A program made the translations under genes and the position numbers. Below, piece after piece: positions 52,122 to 64,000 of a DNA stretch of 64,000 bases; the stretch's first letter is position 1; every line of letters begins with the position of its first letter. Origin of the DNA: Gnetum montanum (taxonomy: Eukaryota > Plantae > Gnetophyta). The notes under the pieces were generated by a model. The model had not been told where the DNA came from. It saw only the letters and a program-made list of their open reading frames with translations, and did not search any database. The stretch lies in NCBI GenBank assembly GCA_015680685.1, contig MNCI01000310.1, positions 62,001-126,000 on the forward strand, given 5' to 3'.

Positions 52122-53118
52122 TGCTGAATGCCAATGTAGTCCTTACACCCAACCATACAAATCATGAGTGTTATGTATGACCTAATTGTAATCCATGGAT
52201 TCAACTAGTGATATTTCTATATTGTTAAATATGACATTGTAAATTGTCTTCCTAACTATACTTGTGTTGGCCTTCCATTTGTATAGTTAACAGTAGGTGA
52301 CTTATATTGTTATTAATTTTTAATGTCATGATAAAATAATATTTAAAATATAAATATTAAATTTAATTAATCTTAGAATAAGAAGTCTAAGCTTACTTAA
52401 GTGATGAGCATCTATTCCTAATTCACTATAAATATCATAAACTTACACAATCATTACTAGGTTACAAAGTGTTTATTATTGGATATATAATGTGATACCA
52501 CTATTGAAATTACCAAATGATAAAGTGTTTATGATTGGAATTTGTAATACTTATTCTACATATTTAATATATGTTTAAGAGTAAAATATTAACTAAGTGC
52601 ATAAATGTTAGTAAAAATAAAAATAAATTTCACTTAAGAAAATATTAAACTTAGCCAGTTCTATAATAAAGCTGAATCAATTTTGATCTTATTATTGTCA
52701 TGAATTGTATTCAAATATAATATCACTCGATTAAAATTTTGTTCAATTAATCCATGTTTATTCTAACATTGAATAAGCTTAGTTGAGTTGGCTATGCACT
52801 CATTTGTTAAACTATCTCTAGTATGAGGTTGTGAGTTCAATCCTTAGTTGTGCATATAACTAGTAATTCAATTGGTAAGCTCATTTAATATAGAAAAATC
52901 CAAGTTCATGCTATCGACAATTGGTAACTATTCACTACAGCTACAAAAATAAAATAATAGAGCTTTGCTACAAGTAATGAAACTAATAGCATAAATGTGA
53001 TAGGTAGGTCTTTATTTATGGGCATTTCTAACCAATATTTCAATGTAGCTATCTTAACACATCTTTAGCTATGTCAATCTTAATGCATCAATGTAATTAA
53101 TAGAATAACTATTCATCA
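52122..53118. mobile_element. Solo LTR (997 bp), Athila-like family
   Basis: TG...CATCA ends. TSD TGACA at 52117-52121 and 53119-53123. It interrupts a sequence whose uninterrupted copy is at 51250-51418. Confidence 0.85.
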
Positions 53119-54049
53119 TGACATATAAGAAATTGGACATGTTAGGAACGAATGTCCTATGATATTACATCTCTTTCAAAATTGAGGTTTTATTACTTTA
53201 ATAGCAAGATCCAAAATGTTTTTTTTAAATAAAATTTTTTCTTAACCTATATAGTCAAATTAGAACTTTAGAAGGAGTGTTGAAACCAAAACATTTTTTA
53301 AAGTAATATTTACCTCCAAGAAATAGAGTGCAATTAGAACTTTATAACGTAGCATTATCCACTAAAATCAAACTAATATCTTAGAGTTGTAAAATCAAGA
53401 GGCTTACCACTAGGTTAATATCTCATTGTTAAATTAGAGCTTTGTAACTCAATATTACCTAGCAAATTAAAGTTAAACTTGGGGCTTCTAAATCAAAAGT
53501 CTTGCTATTAATCTAATACTTTATTGTTGCTTTAATTCATAAAAGTATACTTTAACTAGCAAGCTTATTATATATGTAATATGTTGTAAGTTTGAATTAC
53601 ATATGGATCTTAATCTTTTATCAAAATATTATTTTAGCTAGTTTTAATACCTTTACGATTTTATCATATGGAAATTAGATTGAATTTAATCTATCTTTTT
53701 TATGTAGTTGGATGAAAGTAACATGGAACAAAAACACATGATAGTTGTGTATCATCCATGTTTAACATCCTTCATAATCTGGAAGTCAAATCACATTTAA
53801 TTTTCCTTATATGATATGGGTGTGAGTATTATGAAAGAAAATGACATGGTACTTCCTTGTAATGAAGTTGAACATGAAGATAAAACAAGTCAAATGATTA
53901 CTTTAAGTGCTCCAATTTATAATGAAGTGAGAGTTATATAAAATTATTTTGTATGTATATGTTGGTGTTAAAGTCTCTCATGAGTATTATGTATGTTAAT
54001 AATGTTAAGCAAAGAATTTTAAAAATATTTTAGCTTTTACACATTTTAA

Positions 54050-55500
54050 TTAACAAATTTACTATATAACCTTTACGTTGAGATCCAAGTCAATAAGAAT
54101 ATGAGCATAAATCCAATAAAACATTTTTCAGTAAAATGCATTATTAGTTGAATCTATTTTGAATGATTTTTATATAAGAATATGATCCATGATTTCTAAT
54201 TGCATATTTGACATTTGAAGCTTCTATTTAATTGAAGTTAGTGTAGAGCTTGAAAAATTTGGTGTTGAAGATCTCATAAATTTCAACATGGAACAATTTT
54301 AACTTTGGATCCACAGGCCTCATAAAAGAACCCAAAACATCTTCGATGGTCTTGTCGATCAACCAAGAACTTATAAATATGTTATCGATGAGTGTAATAA
54401 AAACTGTAAAGCATATAAAAAGGTAGTTGACACACAAGATCTGAGTGTAGAGAAATGTAAAGAAAAATGTGGCGAGCACATGAAACTACAAGATTATATC
54501 AAAATGATGAAAAATTCATGAAACCAATGTTTAGAGAATACAAGTTTTGAGAATTTTAAAGTTCAAGATCTTTAAGGAAAAATGCTTGGAACTCGGTACA
54601 ACTAGCAAGATGTGTTCTGTAGTCAGATTTTTCCTCAAGCATCCCATACGATCTACACTTTGAACTACACTCACCACTATATTTCTTTGCTATTGTGGTC
54701 TATGCTGGAGGAGAAAATGATTGCAAACTCTTAGGTGTGTACACTAATCTTGAAGTCTCACATTTAATCTGGATGCAAATTTTGCCAAAAGTACTTAAAA
54801 TGAAATAATCTTTGTTTATATAGGCCTTGGATCCTTGTTTTATTGAAGGTTAATTTTTCTATGATTATTGATAGATTTCTAGTAAATTTCACTGCACCTA
54901 GAACATCTCCATGCAATGTAGAAGAAATTTTAATTAATTTTTTATTCTCCATATGATGCCTCTCTATGCTACCTAACATATTGAATTTCCATTCCTAGCA
55001 TATGGAATTAAAACCAAAATTTTATACACTATCTTTGTAGGTTTTCAAGCATATGAAACTATAATGCTCAGCATATGAGGCTAAGATATCAAAATTTGTA
55101 TTTTTTGAAGTACTTTTAATCCCTCAAGCTAGCATACATGGATTTTGCAGCTTCCACAAGTTGGAAGATAAGGAATTTATAGCTTGTGAAGAATCTTTTA
55201 GCCTCCATAAGTTGGGATGTATGAGATCTATAGTGTATTTGCCACACATCTCATATTTTACATTAAAAACACCCTTAGATTCTAGTAATATAGGATCATA
55301 ATGCAATACTTTTGGGAAAAATAAGGCAATTACATATGCTGTCATTTTTCCATAAAAAATTTTGGCTATAGATTGTAATACGAATTTTCTTTGGGATGTT
55401 TCATTGGCCTCTCTTTGTTGATGTTTTGAGAACTGACTCAAGAGACATCTACGAAGAATGCAAAACACTACTATAGGTTCATCACTAATGCTCTATCTCC
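54050..55500 (-). pseudogene. PIF/Harbinger-type transposase remnant
   Basis: SSNLWKLQNPCMLA*G resembles SxxQKxTAAxRMLAYG. MLGSIERHHM...LHG...IIIE resembles MLGSIDCMHW...WHG...IILE. LIDNIF..W..KTI...PVDPKLKLF resembles LADGIYPxW..KTI..P...K.KLF. Confidence 0.65.
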
Positions 55501-56027
55501 ACACTTGATTCAATAGTTGTTGAATCCTACCAAGGAATGCTCATGATGATGAAATAAGGTTATGATAGAATGCTTTAAGTTTGAGAGGATATAAATGTCA
55601 TATTGGTCATCAGGAAATGGTTGCATGGATTAACAAAGAATGCCAAATGTTGACATCATGGTCACAACATGGCAATGACATGTTTGCTAATCAAAGTAAT
55701 TTTCATGCTTTGAGCTCAAACTATTAGTTACTCAATCATGCTTTAGAGGAACCAACACTCCATCCTTGGGCTTCTTTGGCCACTAGGCTTCTCTATTTTA
55801 GAGTCATTGCTTTGACTTTAGGCTTCATTGGCCTTATGGATTTCTTGGCAATTTGTTTCTGCATTTTCTTAAGGAGTGAAACCTTCATTAGATTTCATTG
55901 CCAAGGCCAAATTTTATTTTTTATCTCATTGAATGAGATGTGTTACATTCAATGAACTTGATGTCAGAGCATGTCAAAGGAGATTTCACATGACCATAGT
56001 GCATGAGTGCCAAAGATAGGTCTTCAT

Positions 56028-57385
56028 TGTTAGCAAGATGGGAAAGGCTATAATTGGGCTATGGGATTATGACTCAAGAGGGCTAATAGAAGTAATGTGA
56101 GGTAAGCATTCTTAGCATAGCAGGACAAGTGAACTAAATCTTGCACATTAAGGTTACGTGGTAACTCACTGCTACAATAAGTTGCACCCTTTTGATGACC
56201 TTAGGCTTCATCCTACAAGAACAACTCCAAGAGGATAAAAAAACAAGTTAAAGGATACATGTTATTACAAGAGATTAAATAAGTCCACATGAGATAATAA
56301 GTTGATATAAGTCATCATAAGTTATAATTGAAACAACATGAGAAATCTGTGCTTTATTTCTCACATTTTACACAAAGTTTGTAGTGCATTTATTATGACA
56401 AAAGGAAAGAGATGCAAGGTCATGCAAGCTTGCTCATTGTAGGTGACAAGAGTTTTCAATGCCATTCATATATCTTGACCTACAAACAAAGGCCAACAAC
56501 ACTAAGAGTAAATACATTAATGTTATATATTATTAAGGGAATGTGAAAATTCGAGTGTTGTCTTGTAGGGCTTTTATGATGTCTTAAGTAAGCTAGGTTC
56601 TAGTGAAGAATTTTGTTTCAAAGTTTTCTTCTCATCATCATTGGGATTCAATTAAAGAATGCTTTGTGATGTTTCTAGCTTCAAGGTCAAGAGCAACTAG
56701 GCCATTGATGAGTCACATGGTTTGGCCCCATTGATGAGATGCTATTAACATAAGCCCATTGATAGGATCTGATCGACGTGATCCTATCAATGCAAGGTTT
56801 GACCTGTTGACAAGTACCTGTCGACGGGGCACCCTGTTTTCACTTATAAATGTACACATGCCACCACATTGATAGCAATAAGTCTCATAGTTGTAGTGAA
56901 GCTCTAGTAGTTTTTCCACTCAAAAGTTAAAATATTTTTTGAGTGCTTGTAGTAGAAGTCAAAGAGTGTATGGATCTTTATTCGAGCACTGTTGTACTTG
57001 AGCACTTCAGTATGTGTAGCAATAAAGATGAGCTTTGTGATGAAATCTTGTAGCACTTGGACTAGATTAATTATTTTTTAAGTATCTGATATTTAAGAAA
57101 TTTCCTTTAATGTTCTTAAGTAATTAAGTGATTAATTAATATAGATTAAAAAATAACACATAAGTACGACCACTTCGAGCATATATCTAATACTTGGTAA
57201 TCTCAGTAATGGTTAACATTTGGTAACTTAGTAGTGTTATACGTGTTCAGGATGTGTATGATAAGAGTGAATGGATACTTATGTTAGGATTAGTTAAGCA
57301 TTAGCTAATTGTTAGATTAATTTAGCAATTAAATTCTTTATCATTTATTCTTTATTCTTATCAAACTTTTCCCCTCTCTCTAACA
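56028..57385 (+). mobile_element. Possible LTR (TGTTAG...CTAACA)
   Basis: 6-bp inverted termini, TATAAAT at ~56845, and TGG immediately after the end. No TSD or partner LTR seen. Confidence 0.35.
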
Positions 57386-57914
57386 TTGGAATAAGGTGTG
57401 AGATTTTCGTTATCTCACCCCCCTTGTTTCCCCCTTTGTCATACCTAGAGTAGAGGCACTTGGGAAGCCAACTTGGGTGAGGTTTGAAGCCAACATTGCT
57501 AATATACTATTTCTAGTAAAGGGGTAAACCCCTCTTATTCCCCACTTACTAATTATAGTAAGTATATCATTTTTTGTCATTTTCATTTCCTCTAAGAGTT
57601 TTTGAATTCCACTCACTGGAATTTACTCTTATCTTAACATTTATACCCTATTCTTAAGCAACTCTTAGCACTATAACCATGCCTTTTTGAAAATCCACCA
57701 AATTGCCCTTCACCTTCACTAGCAAAGATCATAACCCACAAGTCATGAGGATGTATGATCCTAAAGACCCTAGGATCATTAAATGTAGGTGATCCTTCTA
57801 TGAAATGAAATGCAATTTCATGGTGTATTTTTCAAGTATCCACATATTGTTATTGTTTTCAACATGTTCTGAACGTACCTCCATAAAGAAACGTAGATCT
57901 TCGGTGAATACGAA

Positions 57915-58300
57915 CAAACTAAATTAAATCACAAACACTTATCTCGGACGAATAAGAACACACTAAATTAAATCGTGGACGCGTATCTCCTGGGGAATAA
58001 GAATAAACTAAATTAAATCTCACCGTTAAATCAAACTTGTGCAAGGATTGATGTTGAAAAGCAACAACATTTTTAAGTTTGGGAAGGGTTGATGTTGAAA
58101 AGCAACAACATTTTTTGAAGGTTGATGGTGAAAAGCAACATCATTTTTAAGTTTGGGGACGTCATACTTTAAAAAGCACCAAGGATCTGGCTGCGTTATA
58201 CAAAGCATCAATTTAGTGGCAAAGATACTATAATGGAACAAAGATATACTACTGTGGTACAAAGATACTATAATGGAACAAAGATATACTACTGTGGGTA
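57915..58300. repeat. Cluster of short tandem duplications 3' of the BAHD gene
   Basis: actaaattaaatc x3 (~45-bp period); ttgatg(t/g)tgaaaagcaaca x3; caaagatactataatggaacaaagatatactactgtgg x2 (40-bp period). Confidence 0.85.
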
Positions 58301-58328
58301 CAGCTTTCTAATAAATCAAGTCAAATTT

Positions 58329-59759
58329 TCAGGGCGACGAAAGGGGAGCAGACGCTATGGTAGTGTAGAACTCGTGGAGGAACACAGGCATACAGTGCCG
58401 CGGAAGACGCATAGCACCCACCACAGCACCATCGGTGCCAAGGTTCAGCCATGTCCCCGGTCCCAGAAAGGGTGCCCCGATGGCTGCAGCAGCGCCTCCG
58501 TAGACGGCTTTTCCCCATCCAAAATCCGCGTCACCGAATCCAATCTTCCGAATGTCCGACAACAGGTACGTTCCCTTCAAATCGGGGGGAGCCCGTCCCA
58601 ACAACTCTGGAGCATCAATCGAAGATCTCACGTACTCCTCGTCCACGTCGTCTTTGGCACGCCGAACCCAACACGCCACCTCTCCCAAGGACGCCTTGCA
58701 CAGCTCGCCTGCGGTGGCAGCAGCGCATGCCCAAGCAATCACGTTTCCGTAATACCCGCTCTGCACCGGTGGCTGCCGAAGCAACCGCCGTGCATTAACC
58801 GCATAAACCAACCTCACCGTTGTCTCGTCCAAAGAAGAAGAAGAAAAAGACGCGTACAGCGCCCGCGTACGGCTGCGCCACAGGCACGCGCTCAACAACT
58901 CGAAAGTTGTAGCGCCGGCGAAGTGCCTCTGTAGCACCGCTATATCTCGGCGCGTGAACACCACACACTCCTCGCACATGTCCTCGCCGTCGTCAGCCGG
59001 AACCCCCGGATCGGATGATTCGGATCCTCCGAACGCCTGCAGGAAGGCGCTGCTGTCCATCCGCGGCGGATTCCGAGGCCGCAGCAGGGTGCGTCTCCTC
59101 CAAACGGGGGGATCCCCGCTCACGCCTCCGAACTCTCCGTCCCGGCATATCTGCGCCAGCGTATTCATGAACTGAACAATGCCCGTGCCGTCACACATGA
59201 CGTGGTTGAACCACGTGCCCAGTACGAAACCGCCGCAGCGCAAGACTGTGACCTGGATCACGAGCACCGGCGCTTCCGTGATGGCGTCGCAGCCGGGCGG
59301 TATCTGAAGGAGCTCTTGCCAGCCGGGAAACGGTGGCCGGATCTCCCCGAAGTCGGTGAGACGGGCATCGGCCTCTGCAGCGATGAAGACAAGTCCTTGG
59401 CCAGTGCAGTCGACGCAGAGTTTTCCGTCGTCGGCGTGGCGGAGGCGCCCTGCAAATGGATAGTAGGGAACCAGCACCTTGCTCAGTCCGTGTCTGATGA
59501 CGTTGCGTGGATCATGGGCGCCATTGCGGCTTGCATTTGGGGCGTAGAAATGCAGTAACGGAACGTGGAAACGAAGGCTAATCTGATCATCGAGATTGGA
59601 GAGGCTCAAAACGTGGGTTGGAGTAGCTTCACTTGGTCGCACCACCTTTGGCTGTTGTCGCCTTATTCCCAACTTAACTCTCATTTTCATGGCTGCATCC
59701 ATGAAACCTCCCAGGCTCTTGTTTGAATCCTTAGCCCTCATTCTTGTGACTTTATACAT
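58329..59759 (-). CDS. BAHD-family acyltransferase (benzoyl/alcohol acyltransferase-like), intronless
   Basis: Uninterrupted 476-aa ORF with LSLSNLDD, YYPFAGRL, QVTxLxCGGFVLG, catalytic HxxxDG (HVMCDG), GYYGN and DFGWG. GC-rich relative to flanks. True start may be 59702 or 59690. Confidence 0.95.
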   Translation of the reverse strand: MYKVTRMRAKDSNKSLGGFMDAAMKMRVKLGIRRQQPKVVRPSEATPTHVLSLSNLDDQISLRFHVPLLHFYAPNASRNGAHDPRNVIRHGLSKVLVPYYPFAGRLRHADDGKLCVDCTGQGLVFIAAEADARLTDFGEIRPPFPGWQELLQIPPGCDAITEAPVLVIQVTVLRCGGFVLGTWFNHVMCDGTGIVQFMNTLAQICRDGEFGGVSGDPPVWRRRTLLRPRNPPRMDSSAFLQAFGGSESSDPGVPADDGEDMCEECVVFTRRDIAVLQRHFAGATTFELLSACLWRSRTRALYASFSSSSLDETTVRLVYAVNARRLLRQPPVQSGYYGNVIAWACAAATAGELCKASLGEVACWVRRAKDDVDEEYVRSSIDAPELLGRAPPDLKGTYLLSDIRKIGFGDADFGWGKAVYGGAAAAIGAPFLGPGTWLNLGTDGAVVGAMRLPRHCMPVFLHEFYTTIASAPLSSP

Positions 59760-59894
59760 GAAACCTCCCAGTCTCTCGTTTGAATTTCTTACGGCATTGA
59801 CGTTACTGCAGGTTTGCTACGCAATTTTTAATCTTAATCTTTGAGTTGTGACAAAATTCCGCAGCTAAATTCCTTGGCCATGGTCCCTCCGGAG

Positions 59895-60640
59895 TCTTGT
59901 CTTTGTCACTTTGTCATACTTTGCAGCTTTAGCTGATTTCTTGCCGGATTCTTGTCTTTGTCACTTTGTCATACTTTGCAGCTTTAGCTGATATTCTTGC
60001 ATCAGGGAGATTCGCGATTCCCAGTAAATTTTGATGAACTGTCTGCATTGGATTTGAAGCACGTTGGATTCGTAAGTGCGTACAGAAGGGTATGCACAGT
60101 GGGTACACGTACAGAAGGGCATGCATAGTGGGTACGTATTTCATAATTTCCAATGTAATTTTGTCTGTATCTATATGTATACATTGAAATGTTCCCCTTG
60201 CTTGTTGTCGATGTCTGCATTGTGCATTAAAATCTTACTTATCTTCCCTTCTTATTTATCTTCCCTCCTCTGAATCTTATCTTCCCTTCTTACATTCAAA
60301 TCTTACTTATCTTCCCTCCTCTGAATCTTACTAGAAACTTCATTTCATTGTTAAGTTGTCAGCAAGCACTAAAGATCCATGGCATCGGCATAACGCAGAC
60401 CACAGAAAGCAAGGATCCATGGCATTGGCATAACGCAGACCACAGAAAGCAAGGGAGTACGAATGAATAAACACAGAAATCACGAGGCTCCAAAGTTTGG
60501 GTCATACGGAAAAGTTGTAGTAAGCAATAAAGATTCATGGGATCGGCATAACGCAGACCACAGAAAACAAGGGAGTACGAATAAATAAACAAACACACAA
60601 AAATCACGAGGCTGTAAGTTTGGGTCATACGGAAATCAAG
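59895..60640. repeat. Cluster of short tandem duplications in the BAHD upstream region
   Basis: ~55-bp duplication (59895/59951); ~30-bp duplication (60079/60108); aatcttacttatcttccct repeats at 60230-60330; ggcataacgcagaccacagaaa x3 at 60387-60570. Confidence 0.85.
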
Positions 60641-61354
60641 ATTCGCCTTTGGGAGCGTCAAAGGTGCCGCCATTACTCACATTGGTCATTGCTGGTTTTT
60701 GCTCTTTGTTTAATCTGGGCTGAGAAAAGAAAAAACAAAACATGGTCATCATCATGGGTCATGAGTCATGAACATGATAATGGATAAATGCTTGTTCAAC
60801 CTTTTTTTACCTTCCCCTTCATCATGCTTAGTGCCCATTCTCCAATATTCTAAAGGTTTTCCATCATCTTAGGTGAGTTACCGGGCTATGTTTAGTTTAG
60901 TTTAGTTAAGTTGTGTCATCTTATAATGTGGTTGTCTTCAACATGTTATAAATTTGGTTGAAGCTTTATGCTTAATTTTAGGTCATGGTTGAACAAAAGT
61001 ATTAGCAGACATGATTGGTTATAAATTTGGTTGAAGCTTGATGCTTAATTTTATTCTTGGATTGAGCACCCCAAGGATTTCATTTTATTGTTGTCATTTT
61101 GGTTGTTGCAGAGATTATATATTTGGCTGGATTATGGCTTTTGAGTAAGGAAATGGATTCGATGCCCTTCATACCTTTGCAAATTTTCTTGCTTCAGTTT
61201 AATGGTGATATTGTAATCTTTTATGCAATTTTTAAGCATTAACAATATTTTGGATTTACATTGTACTTGTTCTATATTTTACAATGTTTTCTTATGATGT
61301 ATGAGATTTAATTTTTTTAAAAAACTAATATATTTAATTTTTCTTTATCACATC

Positions 61355-64000
61355 TAATGAGTGGCCAGGTACCCCTACACTCAACTATATGAATACAATC
61401 ATTTCACACACGATCCAGTCAAACTCCGCAGATGGGCTAGTTGTGGTATCTAGATAGTTACTCATTGATCGCAATTCGTTGTCTTCCCACCTAGACTAGT
61501 ATTTGCTTTGTCACGTATGGTTTAGTCCAGAGTAAGGTGTATGATGTGGTCCTAGACTAGTGCTACTCCTAGAGGCAATGGAAAATAATTTTAATTAAGC
61601 TAGGAGGAAAAGGGAGAGAGAGTTAGCTAATAGGACATGGGAGAAGAGAGTCTAAACTAGCTTAAGTGTGATGAGTATCTGTTCCTTAATCATTCATACA
61701 CATCTTGGACCTCATGCATGACTACTACTAGGATTACCAAGCGCAGATCCTAGGTACGCTACTGGGTTACCAAGTAGTCACACTTAAATGCTCATGATTA
61801 AGTTGTACTCATTCCACATTTAATAGGAGTTGAGAGTAGAGAAGTATTAATTAAGAAAGCAATTAAATAATTAAACTAAGTGAATGCTGCGATGATGAAG
61901 TGATCTCAATCTTTATTTTTAGTCATGTGTGTGTCCAAGTACATCACACTCAAATAAAGGTGTCGTACAATTACAATCATCACACTGTGGGCATGCATTG
62001 GGAGAAAGGGTTGAAAAGAACTAAAAATGAAAACTAACTTTTAGCTAAAACTATTGATTGAATGATTACCTACTTGCGCCTACATGTGTATTTATAGTCC
62101 CACACAGAAGTCACGATATCGTGTATCCGATATTGCTTCTTAGGTCATGATATCGCATACTCGATATCGTGGGTCTGATATCGAGGGTCTGATATTGGAG
62201 CCTACTGAATCATGATTCATCATACCCCCATGACTGAATGAAAATGCATCCTTGAGTCAAAAAAAATGAGAACAAGGCCCATTGATTACATAGTGGATAG
62301 GTATGGGATTATTGACTAACTAGGAATTTATTCATGTCATAGTGGAGAATTGAATACAACAAAATTAAGACATGGATACAAAAATTACCAAATTTTGTAG
62401 GAACTCATGTGGTTCCTGGTGGCGATGGTTCCTCCATGGGATGCTTCCCCTTGCCTTATGCTCCAAGTTTTGGAATTTTATGGCTTTGCAATAGTGCTTG
62501 GAGATTTTCCTCTTTAGTTCGGGGTCCTATGCTATCCATGTTGATTCTCCAATGTTTGACGAAGTCGACACCTCCCATGGACATGGTAATTATGGGAATA
62601 ATTGATTTACTTTAACATACTAGGTCGCAAACAACTGTCGTTCCTCCTCGTAGGCTCTGGCTTTGTCCCTGTACTCCTGAAAATCTATAAGCCATCAAGC
62701 CAAGTCCGTTGCAACATCTTTTTACCCTTGGTAGTTGGCCATAACCACCTCTAGTTCAAAATTTACAACTTCTAGCCTTTGCAATGCTTTCTTGTGTTCC
62801 GCAAATTTTGCTTCATATTTAGCATAGGTGGTAGCTACCTACTTTTCAAGCTCTGTTCTTGGACTTCCTGCTATCAACATGGCTAGATTAGCATACTGCA
62901 AGTTTGCCAATCCCATGTACTTTGTGAGATCTTGAATCTGCAAATCTCAGCTTTTAAGCTCTGCTTAGTGGACAAACACATATGTGTCCAATATGACCCA
63001 CCAATTAGTGTGTTGAGCACTAAAGGTGTTGACGTGGGCCTTGGCCATATGGATCTCCTTCTTGATGACTTGCTTGTACATCCCCACCTAGTCTCTAAAA
63101 TGCTCCTTTAACTTTTCATGCCACTTGGCCTCGTTTTGTCACGTGCTTATTTCAATGGTCGTCTTCTGCCAAATTGCGTGTACCTCCTCCATTGAGAGGG
63201 TTCAATTCTCTCTGGCCAAATGGTTCATGTCTTAGTTGACCCTAACAAACTGTTCTTGTAACTGCTGAAGGTTTTCTTCAAGAACATTCTTCTGTTTCTC
63301 CATAGTGGTCAACCAAACATTATCAACAATGAGTTGTCTATTCTCTTCTTGTAAGGCTTTGAGTACCTTGGCTTGCACATAGGTTTGCGCTTGTGCCTTA
63401 GAGGCATCCTAGTTAGCCTTCTTCTTCTCCTCTACCACTCTTTTATTGCCCACCAGTAGCTTATTGAGTTGCTCCATCCTAAAAGTGTCTAGCTGGTCTA
63501 CGGGGACAAACTAAGATGGGTCCTGCTGTGTAGCTTGCAGAGTAACAAGCCTTTCTTGGAGTTTTGCCAACTCTACTTTCGCATGCTCGACCCTAGTCTC
63601 TACCATGACCAGCTTTCCTTTGGTGGAGATGAGGTCTAATTGGGCTATTGTGACATCTTGTGGGATGTTGAACAAGGACATCATTACTTGTCTTGTCTAC
63701 AACAATTGATTAAGAACATCCTCATGCTCTGCAGGAGTCATTGAGGGACTAGTTAGAATTTGAGCATCGTGTGATCCTATGAAATCCATCGATGGCACAA
63801 CATGGACATTGAAAGATTCTTTGATGTGGTTTGTGACAACTTCTAAGGCTCCTCACCTGTTTTCAATTACATCTGAAAATACGTAGCATTCCCTAAAATC
63901 TATTATGACTAGTGGATCTCCCCTCCTATTGTTTGGATGGACACTTTGCCCCATGCACGATCAATAGAAATTGTGGGCTATACGGTGTCATCGATGACCT
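61355..64000 (-). mobile_element. Athila-like element: 3' LTR (61355-62222) plus internal 3' region running off the window
   Basis: T(A)ATGAG...CATCA ends related to the 38983 and 52122 LTRs. Minus-strand GGGGGTA precedes the LTR (PPT-like). A decayed K/E/Q-rich minus-strand frame spans 62500-63900. Confidence 0.6.

Noticed and set aside
58233-59558. Plus-strand ORFs (233, 115 and 118 aa) overlapping the BAHD gene
   Set aside because: Antisense shadows of a GC-rich CDS with no recognisable motifs.

Overview
Repeat-rich plant nuclear DNA; the host taxon cannot be fixed from sequence alone. The left half is a ~15-kb degenerate 15-bp-period satellite (1-9644 and 27395-32955). It is split by one full-length but decayed Ty3/gypsy Tat/Ogre-type LTR retrotransposon on the minus strand (9645-27394; ~1.59-kb LTRs, CTCTC target-site duplication, tRNA-Asn PBS, order GAG-PROT-[5.1-kb spacer]-RT-RH-aRH-INT). 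The most unusual feature is that this PROT-RT spacer looks like an Ogre-type intron and holds a ~1,000-codon antisense gene with at least six short GT-AG introns of its own. A second, smaller candidate spliced antisense ORF lies beside the 3' LTR. The right half is AT-rich transposon debris: Athila-like LTRs and gag, a CRM-like chromovirus, a solo LTR, a PIF/Harbinger transposase remnant and tRNA-derived SINE-like repeats. It also holds one intact intronless BAHD acyltransferase gene (58329-59759, minus) and a 5'-only relic of a paralog at ~47.7 kb.
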